From the human T2T-CHM13v2.0 reference genome, Homo sapiens, in the NCBI RefSeq assembly GCF_009914755.1, contig NC_060941.1: a stretch of 64,000 nucleotides of DNA. One strand, written 5' to 3'. Shown here piece by piece: positions 34,252-49,736 of this stretch. The notes below the pieces were generated by a model. It was not told where the DNA came from. It worked only from the letters and a program-made list of their open reading frames with translations, and did not search any database. Numbering within the stretch: position 1 is the stretch's first letter; each line of letters opens with the position of its first letter. The translations under genes were made by a program, and so were the position numbers.

Positions 34252-35607
34252 CTAGTCACATTCCTCCCTGGTCAGAGAAGCTCCCAGTTCCCATCCTGCT
34301 TCCTCCCCCATGTGCTTCTCGCCTTCTCTCCTCCCACTCCCCTCCCATTCCCATCCCCTGTGGAATGGTGGAATGCAGGGAACCTCCTGTTCCTGCTGAC
34401 ACCCTCTCCTCGAACTCTAGGCTGCTGGTGGGGGGTGTGCAGGAAGACCAGTTTTTCCAGCCCTGAGACCAAGGAGAGACCTGCCTGCCCCCAGGGGCTC
34501 TTCCAAGCCCAGTCAGAAGGCAACCTGGGCCTCTGAGGAATGCGGCAGATCCAGCTCTTGCTGCCACAACGCCAACAGAGTGAGGTCGGAGGTGGCCAGA
34601 GTCCAGGGCCAGCAGGGTCCAAGGACGTCCCCTCCCACTCAGGCCAGGAACCAATGCCAGCAGCATCTACCCCCTTCTGGTCCCCTCCCCTACTTGTTCA
34701 GAGGCTCTGGGACCTTTCAGATCCACCTGACTTGGCCAGGCCACCCCTTCTTCCCTTTGTGGTAGTGATGGGGGGTCTTCAGGTTGGCATGCTCTGCTCT
34801 TCCATACTTCCTTCTCCAACCAGCACCCTCTCCTCCTCCTCCTCCCTTCCTGTCCCGCCTGACGTCTGCCTCCAGGAGGCCTTCTCAGATTGAGGGGTCA
34901 CTGTGCCCTCCAGATTGTAGGCATCCCAGGATCAGTGCCCCTGCCTATTTCAGTCACTGCCATATGCCTAGGGCCTGGCACACATCCTGGCCTGGTCATG
35001 TCCAGTAAGTTACACCCACATACCTGCCAGAGCACTGAACTGGATGTGTGGAGATGAATACATCTTGCAGAGGCATGGGCTGGCTGAAGAGCCAGGCTCC
35101 CTGCATCCCGCACGGATATGGCTCATTGGTACCCTGCTCGTCCCTGCCAGCCCAGGATGTGGAAAGAGACATGGGAGAAACCCTCCTGACTCCCTGTTCC
35201 CTATCCTACCTCTGACCCAGGATACACAGAACCACTGCCCTCTGCTCCTTCCCACTGTTCTGGGAGCTCTCTCCTCTGCGAGGCTTTCCTGGAACCTGAT
35301 TGGCGAAGACCGTTTCTCCTGAGCTCTTTTCTCTGAGACATCACCATAGATGGCTATGAGTCAAGTGCCCCCATCAACCATTCCTGCTCTGCCTGGGGGC
35401 TTGGAGTCCCTTCTGATGGACGAATGGGTCAGTCTGAATCTTGGGGTCCCTTTGGGGTAAGTGGGAGGCACAGCAGCCAGTGCAGGGGGAGGAGGAGGGG
35501 AGAGGCAAACGCTGGATTCACACAAGGCCAAGACCCACTCAGTTTGCAAGAGTCTAGTCTGGTTCACAGCATATGTGGTTCTCCAGACAAAGTCTCCCCA
35601 CTAGAGT

Positions 35608-35763
35608 AATATTAATAACAGTGACACTTGCCACTTATTGAGACTTACTTTATGCCAGGCCTTGTGCTAAGAACTTGACGTGGCATTTCATTTAATCTTC
35701 ACAACAATCTTATGTGATAGGTACTATTATTGTTCCTGTTTTACAGATGAGCAAACTGAGGCT
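35608..35763 (-). mobile_element. MIR
   Basis: CATTTAATCTTCACAACAA..TTTTACAGATGAGCAAACTGAGGCT. Confidence 0.88.
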
Positions 35764-35794
35764 ATTAGCTCAAGATTTGAAGGAGAAAACAGTC

Positions 35795-35936
35795 TTATTT
35801 TATTTTATTTTATTTTTTTAGAGATGGCGTCTCCCTGTGTTGCCCAGGCTGGTCTCAAATTCCTGGGCTCAAGTGATCCTCCTGCCTTGGCCCCTCAAGA
35901 TGCTAGGATTACAGGTGTCAGCCACCACATCCAGCC
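35795..35936 (-). mobile_element. FLAM-like Alu left monomer, antisense
   Basis: (TTTTA)n tail then left-arm-only sequence. Confidence 0.85.
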
Positions 35937-36165
35937 CTCAGTCTTTTTTTTTTTTTTTTTTGCCCAAGTGTCTGGCATGGTCCTGCCCACCCAGTGCTGT
36001 GTGTGGGAACCTGCAGATGTTCACCTGACATGTAGTCTGCTTAGAGGGGAGGAGGTCTCCATGTACAGAGGTAGGCCTAGGCCTCCTTGCTCAGCTCCAA
36101 GGAGTCTGTAATCCAAAAGAGCTGGCACCAGACTGGAGACTGGCCTACCCTCTGCTCATTTCCTA

Positions 36166-36720
<555 letters not shown>

Positions 36721-37619
36721 TCAGATCCCTGTGTCAGGTCTCTCTCCTGAGCCCTGGGGGAGTCCCTGGTGGGTGGGGCTGCTGTCAGGACTGTGTTGTG
36801 ATGTTCTGGGCGGGAGGGCGGGTACAGCACAGGCCCTGACCTGGTTGGGCAGGTTGGCCCACCCTGAGTGGCACCTGTGACCAGGCGCCAACCCCACCCA
36901 CCGCCCTTTGAAGTCATCCAGCCTGGTCCAGCCCCTCTTCTGGGTCACCTCCCTGAAAAGAAATGGGGTCCTCTCAGAAGATAGCTCCTCCTGCCCAGGG
37001 CTGGTTCCAGTGGGGGTGGGGCAGGCCTAGCTCCAGGAGGTCCCAGCCCCCTCCCACATCACCAGTCACTTTGGAGCTTTGACCTGGCCTCCGCAGGGAT
37101 TGGCAGAGGCCCAGGTGAAGGGGGCTGAGTGAGGGGTGGGGACCGGCAAGGGGTTGGAGGGCTGATGGAGGGAGAGGGCTTAAAGAAGCTCAGTGACAGG
37201 CAAGGGGTTCCACCAGGGTGGTGGGGACTTGTTGAGGAAGCCCCCTGTCCCTTTCTGAATGGCCCATCGGCAGGAGGTGGCTTGGGGTGTTTTAGTCCCC
37301 ACCATCTTCACACACACATCCCGCACCCTCACTCCACGCAATGCTCTGTGGCTGGCGTTTCTGTCTTGTGTAAAGTGTTGGGCAATCCCAGCTCTAAGAC
37401 AGCCCCAGCACCTTCGCTGGATCTTCAACCCTCCTTGGCGGGTCTACAGCCAGCAGCCCCTGTATCTGTCTACGCAGCACAGGCTGGGTTAGCACAAAAA
37501 AGCCATCTGACTCCTGGCCTGACTTGGCACTCGCAGAGCCCTGGCCATACCCGGCTCTAAAGCCTAAGTCCGTCTCCTCAGCACAGCTCAGGCCAGAGCT
37601 ACAGGCTCCTGGATCCTTT

Positions 37620-38165
37620 CCCCATCCGCCCCGCCCGGCCCTGAGCTGACCTCTAATCCGCAGGGAGCATCCTCCGAAAACCATTAGGCAGCCAGGCCCT
37701 CCCCCAGCCAGCTCCGGGCCCGACGCCGGCCCAGCCCAGCAGTGCCGGGCGCCGGGCCCAAGCCGACCCCCTGTTTTGGCTCTGCCGCCTGATTTCTACC
37801 GCAGGCAGATATCTTCCGAGACCCCGGGCCCCTAGGCTGGCCTCGCGCCGCTACCCCAGGGCCCCAAATGCCTGAGAGAGGTGGAAGAACTCTTATAACT
37901 AGGCTTCTGCCCCGTCACTGCCTACTCTAGTCCCGCCAGTTTTGGGGTAGCCGGGGGACTCGCTGGCCTCCTGTTCCCGCTGGGAGCGGGGCCGGGGTCT
38001 CGAGGTAGGGGGGAGGGGGGATGCGGCGTTGCAAGCTCGGGCGTGGCGGCCCCTCCCGGGCTGGGTCCCGCCCCGCCCTGCCCTGTCCTTGAATCCAAGG
38101 CGGGCGCAGTGCGATCGCGCTGCCCAGGCCCGCACCCGACCATTCCTCCGTCTCTCTGGCCGCCT
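37620..38165. promoter_or_regulatory. CpG-island-like region 2
   Basis: Dense CpG; tandem GC boxes CCGCCCCGCCC at ~37626 and ~38068. Confidence 0.65.
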
Positions 38166-39269
38166 CCCTTCTCCATCCAGGCTGGCCTCCTCCTCTTCCT
38201 CCAGGAAGCCTGCCCTGAGGGCCACACCTCCTTCCCTCCTCAGGTAGCTCCTGTTTCTGCCCACTGTGGCGTCACCCAAACAACAGAGTCCCAGAGAGAG
38301 GGTTTGTGTTCTGGCCTTGGGCAAGCCACTTGACCTGTCCGAGGCGGCTTGCCCAGCTGTAACTGGGGCTATTAACCCCACCTTTCGAGTTAGGGTATTA
38401 GAGGAGATTGGCCCAGGGAGTGTTTGGTGATCTTATGATGTAGCCATGAAGGGCAGGGACCTGTCTCTCCCTTCGAACTTGTAGGGACTGCCACCTTCCT
38501 TCCTGTGCCCACAGGGTCCTGCCAGGGAGAGGAGAGAGGACCTGGAGTGACCTCTCCGTCTTACAGGCCATGCCAGGCCCAGGAAGTGGGTGTGTCCTCT
38601 TCTGTCCTCGCAGGCCAAGAAGAGGAAGGACAACATGGGGACTGGGGGTTAGACTGGGAAGGGGGGTCCTGTGTGCTGGTTCTCCCCAGAACTCTAGGTT
38701 GACAGAGCACGAGGTTGGAGTGGGAGAATTCCCAATGAGAGGCAGGAAACTGGCCAAAAAGACCCTTCGAGAGGGCCTCTTTGACCCTCCTCTCCTTATT
38801 TAGGGTCCCTGGGGAAAGGAGAACTTTTCCCATTGGTGGTGGTGGGTGTCTCAGCCTCCCTGTCACCGGTTAGCAGCTTTGGATGGTCCTCCCCCAAGTT
38901 AGGTCAAGGTGACCATGGAAGTGACGCCTCTCTGATGGTCCAAATCATTCACTCTGAGAGTGGACAAAGAAAATTAAGACTTGACAATTGCTGAGCAGGC
39001 TGAAATTTTAGAACACACACAGTGGAGTGAACCGTCTTCTAATCAAGATGGAAGACAGAAATGACAATAGGAATATTTATTGCATGAAGCAATATATGTA
39101 ATTTATGCTGAATTTTGTTTTTCTTCTCATGAAATCTCCGTCTTTTCCAGGCAAGCCTGTTGGTGTATGTTTAATAATAAGTTTCCACTTATCGTTGCTT
39201 ACCATGTACCAAGGACTGTGCAAAGCACTTTATTTCTTTAGTTTGTTTAGTTTCCACATCTCCACATCT

Positions 39270-39389
39270 CATTTATTCAAGATTATTTCAAGGAAATATT
39301 TATTGAGCATCTACTATGTGCCAGGCATTATTCTAGATATTGGGACTAGAGATATAGGGACACACACATACACACACACACACACACAC

Positions 39390-39422
<33 letters not shown>

Positions 39423-39745
39423 TACACAAAATCAGATTAAATCTCTGCCTTTTTGGGGCTTACATTCTAATGAAGGAGAAAGAAAGGAAAAAAGAAAATA
39501 GATATTTAATGTCAGGTAGTGATAAGTGCCCTGAAGGAACCCGAAGCATCATGAAGGGACAGAGAGTGTTTGGGAGGGCCTCCTGGAGGTGGCATTTGAG
39601 CAGAGACCTGAATGAAATGAGGGATCAGCCATTTGAATGTTGGGGGCCCAGCAATTCCGCCAAGAGGAACAGTAAGTTTAATGGCCCTGAGATGGGTTTG
39701 CTTCACTTGGCACATTGCACAGCAAGAAAGCCAGTGTGTGAGAGC
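39270..39745 (-). mobile_element. L2 3' fragment
   Basis: AAATATTTATTGAGCATCTACTATGTGCCAGGCA..CATTTGAGCAGAGACCTGAATGA. Confidence 0.85.
39360..39428. repeat. Compound (CA)n-(CG)n-(CA)n microsatellite
   Basis: 69 bp of uninterrupted purine/pyrimidine alternation. Confidence 0.97.
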
Positions 39746-39937
39746 AGAGAGGGCTTAGGTGACTGCCAGTGGCAGAAGGCTTGGTGGGATGTGGGGAGCA
39801 GTAGAGAGAAGTCCATGAGGAAGGTACTATTGTTAAATCCATTTTGCAGATGGGGAAACTGATGTATGGAGCAGTTAAGTGGTAAGTGCAAAGGCTGGAT
39901 ACAAACCAGGTTGCCTACATTAAGCCTGGGCACCTGA

Positions 39938-39943
<6 letters not shown>

Positions 39944-39994
<51 letters not shown>
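39944..39994. repeat. (TG)25 microsatellite
   Basis: Perfect run. Confidence 0.98.
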
Positions 39995-39997
<3 letters not shown>

Positions 39998-40104
39998 GTA
40001 TTTACACAGCACAGGGAAGGGGGCAGGGCTGGGTCTCCTGGCCAGCTCTCCAGAGGCTCTGGTACTTTCAGATTTGTTAAGTGTAATGCAATGAAAATAG
40101 AAAG

Positions 40105-40548
<444 letters not shown>

Positions 40549-41265
40549 TCACGTGGGTGGGAACCATCCTTCCTTACTATATGCCCCAGCACCTTGTACA
40601 GAGGAGGGCATATAGTAATAGTTTGTGGAATGAATGGAAGACTATTAGTTAAGAAGCAAACAGACTGATGTTCTAGTGAGGCCACCAGTTTCTATGAAGG
40701 ATATTAAGATTTTTGCTGTGGGAGGGATCCTTAGAAACCTACATTGAACCCCATTGATTTGTGGATGAGGAAACTGGGGCTCAGAGTGACGGCAGATGGC
40801 GAATGCTGCTGTGTGGAAGAGTGCTGGGGTGTGCCAGCCTCTTTTTTGACACTCCCCAGAGTTGGAACTGCCAAGAGCTCTTCTCTGGTAGGAGCAAAGG
40901 CTCAGATCCACTGGAATTGGGAACAGTGAGGCTTGAAGGAAACCTTGATTATCCCCACTGTGGAAAAATCAGAAACAAATGCGGCATATGGGAGTCAGGG
41001 ATGGAGAACCTGGTCTCAGATGAAGCTTGTATTAGCAAGGGAAGGGAAGAAATGATGGTCAGGTCAGACCCAAGGAACAGTTACCAGAATCTTCCTCAAC
41101 ACTCTTGCCTACCTTTTGTACTCTCTCCACCCTAGACCTCCTCCTCTCCCTTCTTGTTTTCTCAGCCTGAGCTTCTCAAATGGAGGCATTAATGTGCCCT
41201 GAGCATATGGGATGTCCCGGGGGATGACCAAAGCCATTGTATGTCTTTCTGGCATGTCTATTTGA

Positions 41266-41548
<283 letters not shown>

Positions 41549-42576
41549 TATTTTTGAAGAAAAAATAATTCAATTAGAATATGTTTTAGAATGTCTGCTT
41601 TATAGTAAGCAGATTTGGAGAATATGAAGTGAAATGTGCATGTATATAACATAAAACAGATAAAACAGAGCCTGAAATGAAAGAATTTGTGAGTGAGTTG
41701 CTTTGGGTGGCATCTCCCTGCCCAACTTCTCCCTAGCCCCTGCTCTTACAGGAATCCCAGGTGAAACTCTGAGAAATCCTGTTTGCCCATAGCCCACAGG
41801 GGTTTTTTCTCCTGTCATTTGGAGACGGGGTCCATGCCAGACTGACTGTAGGGCAGACATAGGTCAGTGGGGAGGAGGAAGGACTGTCAGGAAGGGCCAG
41901 AGCCTAGGCAAAGATCCTGGGCCCCACCCTTGGTGACAAGCTGGCAGGGCCCTCCCAGGATGGGAACAAGGTAGGGAGTGTTGGTTTCTAGGTAAAGGTG
42001 TTTGGAGCTTGGCACTTCCTGGCGGCGGCGGAAGGGGATGAGTGTGTGTCCACGGGCATTGGGCGGTGGCAGGTTTCAGCAGGAGGAGGCCTGAGCTGCT
42101 GGCACGAGCTGGCTCTGGCACCCAATGCTCCGCACCCAAGGCCTGCTGTGGACTCAGTCTGCACGCCATCGGCATGCCATCTGGGAGTGAGAGGCCCAGG
42201 CGCCAGCCAGAGGGGTGGCAAGAAAGGAGGGCTGAGGTGGAGGGAGGAGGGAAGTCACTGGTTGAGTGCAGGGCAGGGACACTGGAAGGATCAGTCCTGG
42301 AGACAGAGGTGGGAGGGGAGGGTGGTGTCGCCAACCCGGGCTTGGGTGGGGCTAGGCAGGCTCTGAGGGATGTGGAACCTGCCTGAGGTTTCTCTGGTCT
42401 TGGAGAGGGTATCCTCTCCTGGGAGAAGGAGCTTACTGAGAAAAGGACTTTCTGATCCCTAAGGTGGAGGGACTGGGGCTGTGAGCATCTCATTCCTCAG
42501 CCATTTGAAAATAGGATGGTGTGGGCTGGAGAGAAGGACAACGGACTTTGTCTAACAATACCAACATTCCCCAGAC

Positions 42577-42887
42577 TTTTTTTTTTTTTTTGGTGACAGG
42601 GTCTCCCTCTGCTGCCCAGGCTGGAGTGCAGTGGTGCAATTGTGTGATCATAGCTCACTGCAGCCTTAACCTCCTTGGCTCAAGAAATCCTCCTGCTTCA
42701 GCTTCCCAAGTAGCTAGGACTACAGGCATGTGTTGCCCTGCCCAGATAATTTTTTAAAATATTTTTTGTAGAGATGGGATCTCACTGTGTTGCCCAGGCT
42801 GATCTCCAACTCCTGGCCTCAGGTGATCCTCCCACCTTGACTTCCCAGAGTACTGAAATTATAGGTGCAAGCCAGCACACCTGACCC
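42577..42887 (-). mobile_element. AluJ, antisense
   Basis: Poly(T), ATCATAGCTCACTGCAGCC. Confidence 0.92.
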
Positions 42888-42894
42888 TGGACTC

Positions 42895-43375
42895 TTACTT
42901 AGTACCAGCCAGTGCTCTAAGAGATTTACTTGGATTAACTCATTTAATCCTCAAAATAAAACCATGAGGTAGGTACTTTCATTATGTCCTATTTTATAGA
43001 TGAGGACATTGAGACACAGAGGGGTTAAGTCCCTGTTCTATTGGGAATTCAGACACCTGTTCCAGATGGTTCCCAAGAATCTGTAATGGAGTCAGGCAAA
43101 GACATAAAGAGAAAGTCCACTCATTCGTTCATTCATTCATTCATTCAACAGGTATTGACTCAACTGGCTTTGTATGCTGGGCACCACTTTGCAAACAGCT
43201 TACAGGATGGACTGCAGTCCTCACAACGATCTTCAAAGGTAGAGTTCCCACTTCATAGATGAAGAAACTGAGGCTCACAGAGGTTATATAGTAGCTCAGG
43301 GTTATGTAATAGTAGGTTGTGGTCACAGAGCAAGTAAGTGGCAGAACTAGAATTCATACCCCGGTTGTTGTGAGT
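42895..43375 (-). mobile_element. MIR + L2 tail + MIR cluster
   Basis: TTTATAGATGAGGACATTGAG; (CATT)n CAACA; ATAGATGAAGAAACTGAGGCTCA. Confidence 0.75.
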
Positions 43376-43458
43376 CTTTGGGCCTAGGAAGAGCCCTTCT
43401 TGTTAGTGAAGAGAAGCCCACACATCAACTAGGAATTGTGCCAGAAAATGGAAGGTAG

Positions 43459-44268
<810 letters not shown>

Positions 44269-46447
44269 TAAGGGAGGAGTTGCTGATTGCAACAGGATTG
44301 GGCCTTGGGTGGGTTTGAGATTTGGGGTGAAAGGTGACCTGGGAAAGTTCATAAGGCCATCCCCAGGGGGAGGAATGGCTTAGCCCTGAGGTAAGAGAGA
44401 GAAAGAATGGGGAAGGGGACATGGGATTGGGAGGTGTTTTTTTCCGCAGAGCTAGCCAGGTTGGGGCACCCGGATGCCCTTCACCTTCTCCCCAGCCCTC
44501 AAGCAGGAACTGGGGCCCTCATCGACCTACTCTTTGGCTGGGCACTGGGGCTCCTGCCTCAGGCCCTAAGGCTTGATAGCCCTCTTCTACTTCTCTTTCA
44601 GCGAAATCCCTCCCTCCCCAAGAGGGAAACCAAGGGGAATTTCACACTACCCCTTTCTAGACCACAGAACCTCAGAATTCCCTACCCAACAGCCCCGAGC
44701 CCGCTGTCAGGGTCCGCGCCAGTTTTCCCTTCACTCTATCTTCCACTGAAACTCTTAGGCCCCAGGGTGACTGTTGGGGTGAGGCGTGAGATAGGGGAAT
44801 TGAGGTTGTGTGGGAAGGATGGACCATGGATGGTGGGCTAGGACACCCAGCTGCACGTGCATGAGTGCATCTATCTGGTATAGGACATAGAAGACAGGGT
44901 TACAGAGCCTGGGGACCTCCGTGCATGCTCTCGCCCTGGCTGACTCGCCATCAGCACTCCTGTCCCACCTCCTGGAACCCCCAAACCCCAGGAGATGCAC
45001 ATCTCCATATTGCCTCTTGATCAGCCGTGGAGAGAGAGGCCCTAGGGAAGGGGAAGGTGAGAGGCAATTCTTCTCCAAGTCCCACTGGCAGGCCTCCTGT
45101 GACAGTCCCAGCTTTTAAGACTCTTTCTGGAGCAAGCATTGAAGGGGTGAGTTTGGCTTGCAGTTGGAGAGGTGGGGTACAGGCTCTCTTTTGCCTTCTT
45201 TTACCAGCACGCTCGGAGTTGTGGCCCTACGGGGACCCGGTGAATTCAGCTGCCTGTATGAGGTGATGTTGTTTTGCCTTAAATGGTCCCCTAGCCTCTC
45301 CCAAAGACCCCTCCTTACTCTTCCCAAGAATGTCCCAATTCCTTTCCCACTTGTGCCACTCATTTTCAAGAGAGGAGATGGCCCAGCCCTCTTCTCTTCC
45401 CCACCTCCCTCCCCCAAACTGTGTGACCCTCAGCACCCAGGGCTCAGGGGGCTGCCAGAGATGGAGAGGAGGCAAACCCAAGCCAGCTCCTGGGGTCCTA
45501 CAGGGAGGGAGGGCATGTAAATCTTGCCTCACCCTCTTCCCTCCCAGCCCTGCTGTCAGCTGGCCAGCCCCATCCCTGGAGCCAAACTGCTTCCATGCAG
45601 GAGGGAGGGAAGCCTGCTCAGTGGGAAAAGATGAAGCTGGTCCCCCCGCGTGTCAGTGAACAAATTGGGCCAATTTGGTGTGATTAGTGAAGAATTCACA
45701 TCTGGCCAGCAGAGTCCTCCCCCCAGCCCCAGCCCAGCCTGGCTCCTGCTCCCCATTAGAAGCTATTTTCTCTGACGGCTCCATTTGTCTCTGTAGTGGG
45801 GGATTTGACAGCTCCCTGGCCAGCCTGGGAGGCCTGGCTCTGAGTGAGAGGCCCAAGGCCAGGCTGCGTGCCCACACCCTTGACCTGATGCCACGGGGGA
45901 TGCCATGCTCCAAACAGGGCCCAGGCACCTGTATGGGCCCTGTAGGTCCCATCCCTCTTCTGTGTGCACAGATCCATAGTTGAATGGGGGCCTGGGGAGC
46001 ACAGTTCACTAGGCTCCCTGACCTGGGCCCCCCTTGGGCCTTGGTCATCTTGCACAATGATTATTGTGTTTTAAGATCAACAGAGACTTGTATGTGTGTG
46101 CATGGTGGTAGAGGAAGCAGGGGTCTGGTGTTTCCTAAAAGAAAACAGCTGGGCATGTAATAGGCGGGCCTGCACCCCACTTCCTTCACCCCTTCCTCAC
46201 CCCTCCCAGAGACCTGTTGCTGCAGCTACCCCTCAGGAATGCCTGTAGATGGCTGTCGCACAGCTGGAAGGCTCGCCCCGAGAAGCGGCTTCAAGGTAGT
46301 GCCTTTGGGGGTGTGGTCTGCTAAGCCTTGAGTCTTCCTCCCCGAGCAGCAGCGACCCCAGGTTGCCTGTGTCAAAGACAATTTAAGGGCTATTTAAAGG
46401 AGCCTGACCTAGGGGTCACCTGGGCAAATCTCCTCCCTGGAGAATTA

Positions 46448-46461
46448 CCACCAGATGGCAA
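46448..46461 (+). promoter_or_regulatory. Candidate CTCF site
   Basis: CCACCAGATGGCAA. Confidence 0.5.
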
Positions 46462-46801
46462 CCTGGGGCTTGTCTCCTAGAAGGTTCTCCCTGGTTGGCT
46501 AGGAGCTCCTGGGCCCTGCCATTGCCTGGCTTGTGTGAATGGAGGCAAGGGTCCAGGACCTTAGTCCTTAGATGAAAATTCTTCTTGGAGAAGGGATAAC
46601 TGGGGGAAGGGGTCCTGGACTGCAGTGGAGGGCGGGCAGGCTGCTTTTTGTTGTGGTGTCACATGGTTGTGGGGGTGGAGAGAGAAACCTTCTCCGGTCT
46701 CCAGGATTTTTCCATTGCCACATGGATACATACAGAAAACCAGGCAGAGTGAAGGAAATCAGACATCTGTGATCTCTCCAATCTCCAAACCTGTCCTGAG
46801 A

Positions 46802-46914
46802 ACGAATCATCAACTCTCCCAGTTTGCCCCAGACTGAAGGGTTTCTGGGGATGTGGGACTCTCAATGCTAAAGCCAGGACAGTCCTAGGCTAACTGGGAC
46901 AGCTGGTCACCTTA
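46802..46914. mobile_element. MER81-like hAT-Blackjack MITE
   Basis: CAAC..CCCAGTTTGCCC..GACTGAAGGGTTT..GGGACT..TGCTAAA..GGACAGTCC..TGGTCACCTTA follows recalled consensus along its length. Confidence 0.8.
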
Positions 46915-47855
46915 CCAAAATACAAGCCCCAGGGTCCAGGCAAAGGGAGACAAGAGAAACCAGTTGTTTTGAGGTCTGTTGCCTGATTTCCTATTTGATC
47001 TTATTTAGTCCTTACCTGATTTTAGCCTGATGCCTTATTATTATTCATAGATTCTCAGCCTTCTTTTCAAGATAATACCTAGCATGTTGGCAGGATGTCC
47101 CAATTTGGGGTTGAGGGCAGTGGGGCTGGGGGCAGGTGGCTTGGTGGTACGTCTCATTCAATCTGAGATTGCATGGCTTGGGGTATGAGGTATGATGACA
47201 GCAACCAGGCTGGCCTGCTCTCCCAGGGTGCCGACCACCTAGCACCCATCTCCAATTAACAGATACACCTTCAGAACACCCACTGTGTGGTTGCTAAAAT
47301 TATATTCCCATTTTAGAGATGGGATAACTGAGATGGAGTCATTGGCCCCAGGCCTGAGTTGGGGGAAAATGGAGCAGGGTCTCCTGAGTATTCCACAGCC
47401 CTTCCTCACTCACGCACCTTACCAGTCTCCTGTACGGGCAAAGGTGGCTGTTTTCTTCAGGTCAGGAATAAATGCTGGCCCCAAATGAAGGCGAGCCTGC
47501 TGCTCCTCCCCTGAAAGGTGGCCTCAGCCCCACTCCTCAGACATTAATTACATAATTAAGGATGGAGAAGGAGGAGGAGGTCAACCTAGCAGAATTCTAA
47601 AGGCAGAGAAAGGCTTCAGAAAAATCTAGATATTAGATCAAACTTCTACCTGCTCTCACAGCAGCAACTGGCCTCCAGGAGACGGAACCCGAAGAAGTCA
47701 AGATTTTTAAATGTCTGAAAGGACTTTTGGAGGAAAAGGGGACCAGCATCAGATCTCTGCTCCTGCTGTCCTGGGAGCCTGGAGCTGCTGGGGCTGGTTC
47801 CCCATCTGTCCTGCCCTCACTCTACCTCTCCTCCAAAGGCCCCTTCCCTACCTCA

Positions 47856-48205
<350 letters not shown>

Positions 48206-49119
48206 CCAGAGGCTGGAAACAAGAGCTGAGTTTGCACACAAATTGAGCTTGAAGTGCCTGTTTGAAGGGAGACTTGGGAAATCATTGAGGGGTTCATCCC
48301 TTCTGATTTCCTACTGAGTCCAAGGACTCTGGAGCTCCTGAGCATTTGAGAAGCTACGTATTTTAGGGCTGGACTGTCTAGCTGTCATATTTAGGCTGCC
48401 AGTTTTCCAGAAGGATTGGGTGGACAAGGGGACCTGTGTGAGGGAATTTTGTCTCCCAGGAGTCAGGAGGAGTGGGTGATAGGCTGAGCTCTCCTTCTGG
48501 GGGAGGCTCTTTTTTAGGAATCGTATTCCTCTAGGAAGGCCCCTCTGTAGCCCTGCTGGGCTTCTCCGAGAACCCCCAGGCTTGGGGGTTATGTATTCCC
48601 CAGCCTTCTCAGAGAGAAGGATGCTCTCCCCCTGTCCTGGCACTACTGTCTCCATCTCGGAGTCTGCCCCAGCCCCAGCCCTAGAAGAAGCCTGAAGGTG
48701 CGGTGCTTGCCTGTGTACACCCTGTTTGAATTTGCTTCAAGCCTAAGGTGACTTCCTGTTTCCATCAACAGGTCCCAGGAGAGATCAAAGGCCAGGGCTG
48801 GTGAGTTCAGGGAAGAGGAATTGAGGATGGCCGGTCCCACCACTATGTAATGAGAAGGCTGAAATTTATGTGGAGACCTGGAGCATGGGTAGGACTCTGG
48901 GGACACAGCCGAATTTCCAGGGTGCTTGGCCTAGGCCTGCCGGTGCCTACCCCGTCTTATCACTCCTCCAGGGAGCCCTGGGCATCACTCCATTCCGGAG
49001 TCCTGACCCCAACCACAGTCTGCTCCTCCTGTGTCCCCCGGCAGCGTCCTCGCTCCTTGCAGAGTTTGCCTGATCCACCTCCTAGCACGGGGCTCCCTAC
49101 GGAGCCTGGGCCACAGCTG

Positions 49120-49510
49120 GAGGGGCACCCTCTCTACGGCGGGCCCGCCCCCTGCCCCGCGCGCCAGGCGGGCGTGGCCCGCGGGGCGGGCGCCCGGCGA
49201 GGGGCTCCGGAGCGGCGGCCGTCACTCACGCACTCACGCGGGAGGAATGCAGACGGCAGGGCTGCCCTGTGGTCACGTCCCCGCCCCACCGACGGAGGTA
49301 GGCGCCCAGGTACCCAGCCTGTGGGCCTTGGGAGCCCGCCAAGCTGCTGATGAAAGGCGCTGCCAGATTAACCCTTTCTTGGCCGCACCCCCTTGCTGCT
49401 GCCGGCTGCCGGGTGGTCGCAGAGCAGGAGGGTGAGGGGCAGGAGAGGAGTCTAGACACGCCTGGCTAACGAGGGGGCGGCTTTGGCCTCTGCGCGCTTG
49501 CCGGGTGGGT
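49120..49510. promoter_or_regulatory. CpG-island-like region 3
   Basis: Very dense CpG 49135-49300; GC boxes; GGTCACGT (CRE/E-box-like) at 49271. Confidence 0.7.
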
Positions 49511-49736
49511 GCAGGTCCCCTGCCCCTGCCCTCCCCCTTTCTCTGGCCTTAGGACCCTAGGGCTGACATGGTTGAGGGACAGGACTCCCAATAACATCAT
49601 AAACCTCACCACGGGGATTCTCCACTGGGCACAACCTCCCATGCTGATGTGCTCCCTCCTTAAGAGTCACTGTAGCTAAAGAGCACTGGACAGAGAGTCC
49701 AGGAACTCATGCAGTCATCCAACACAAATTTTAAAA

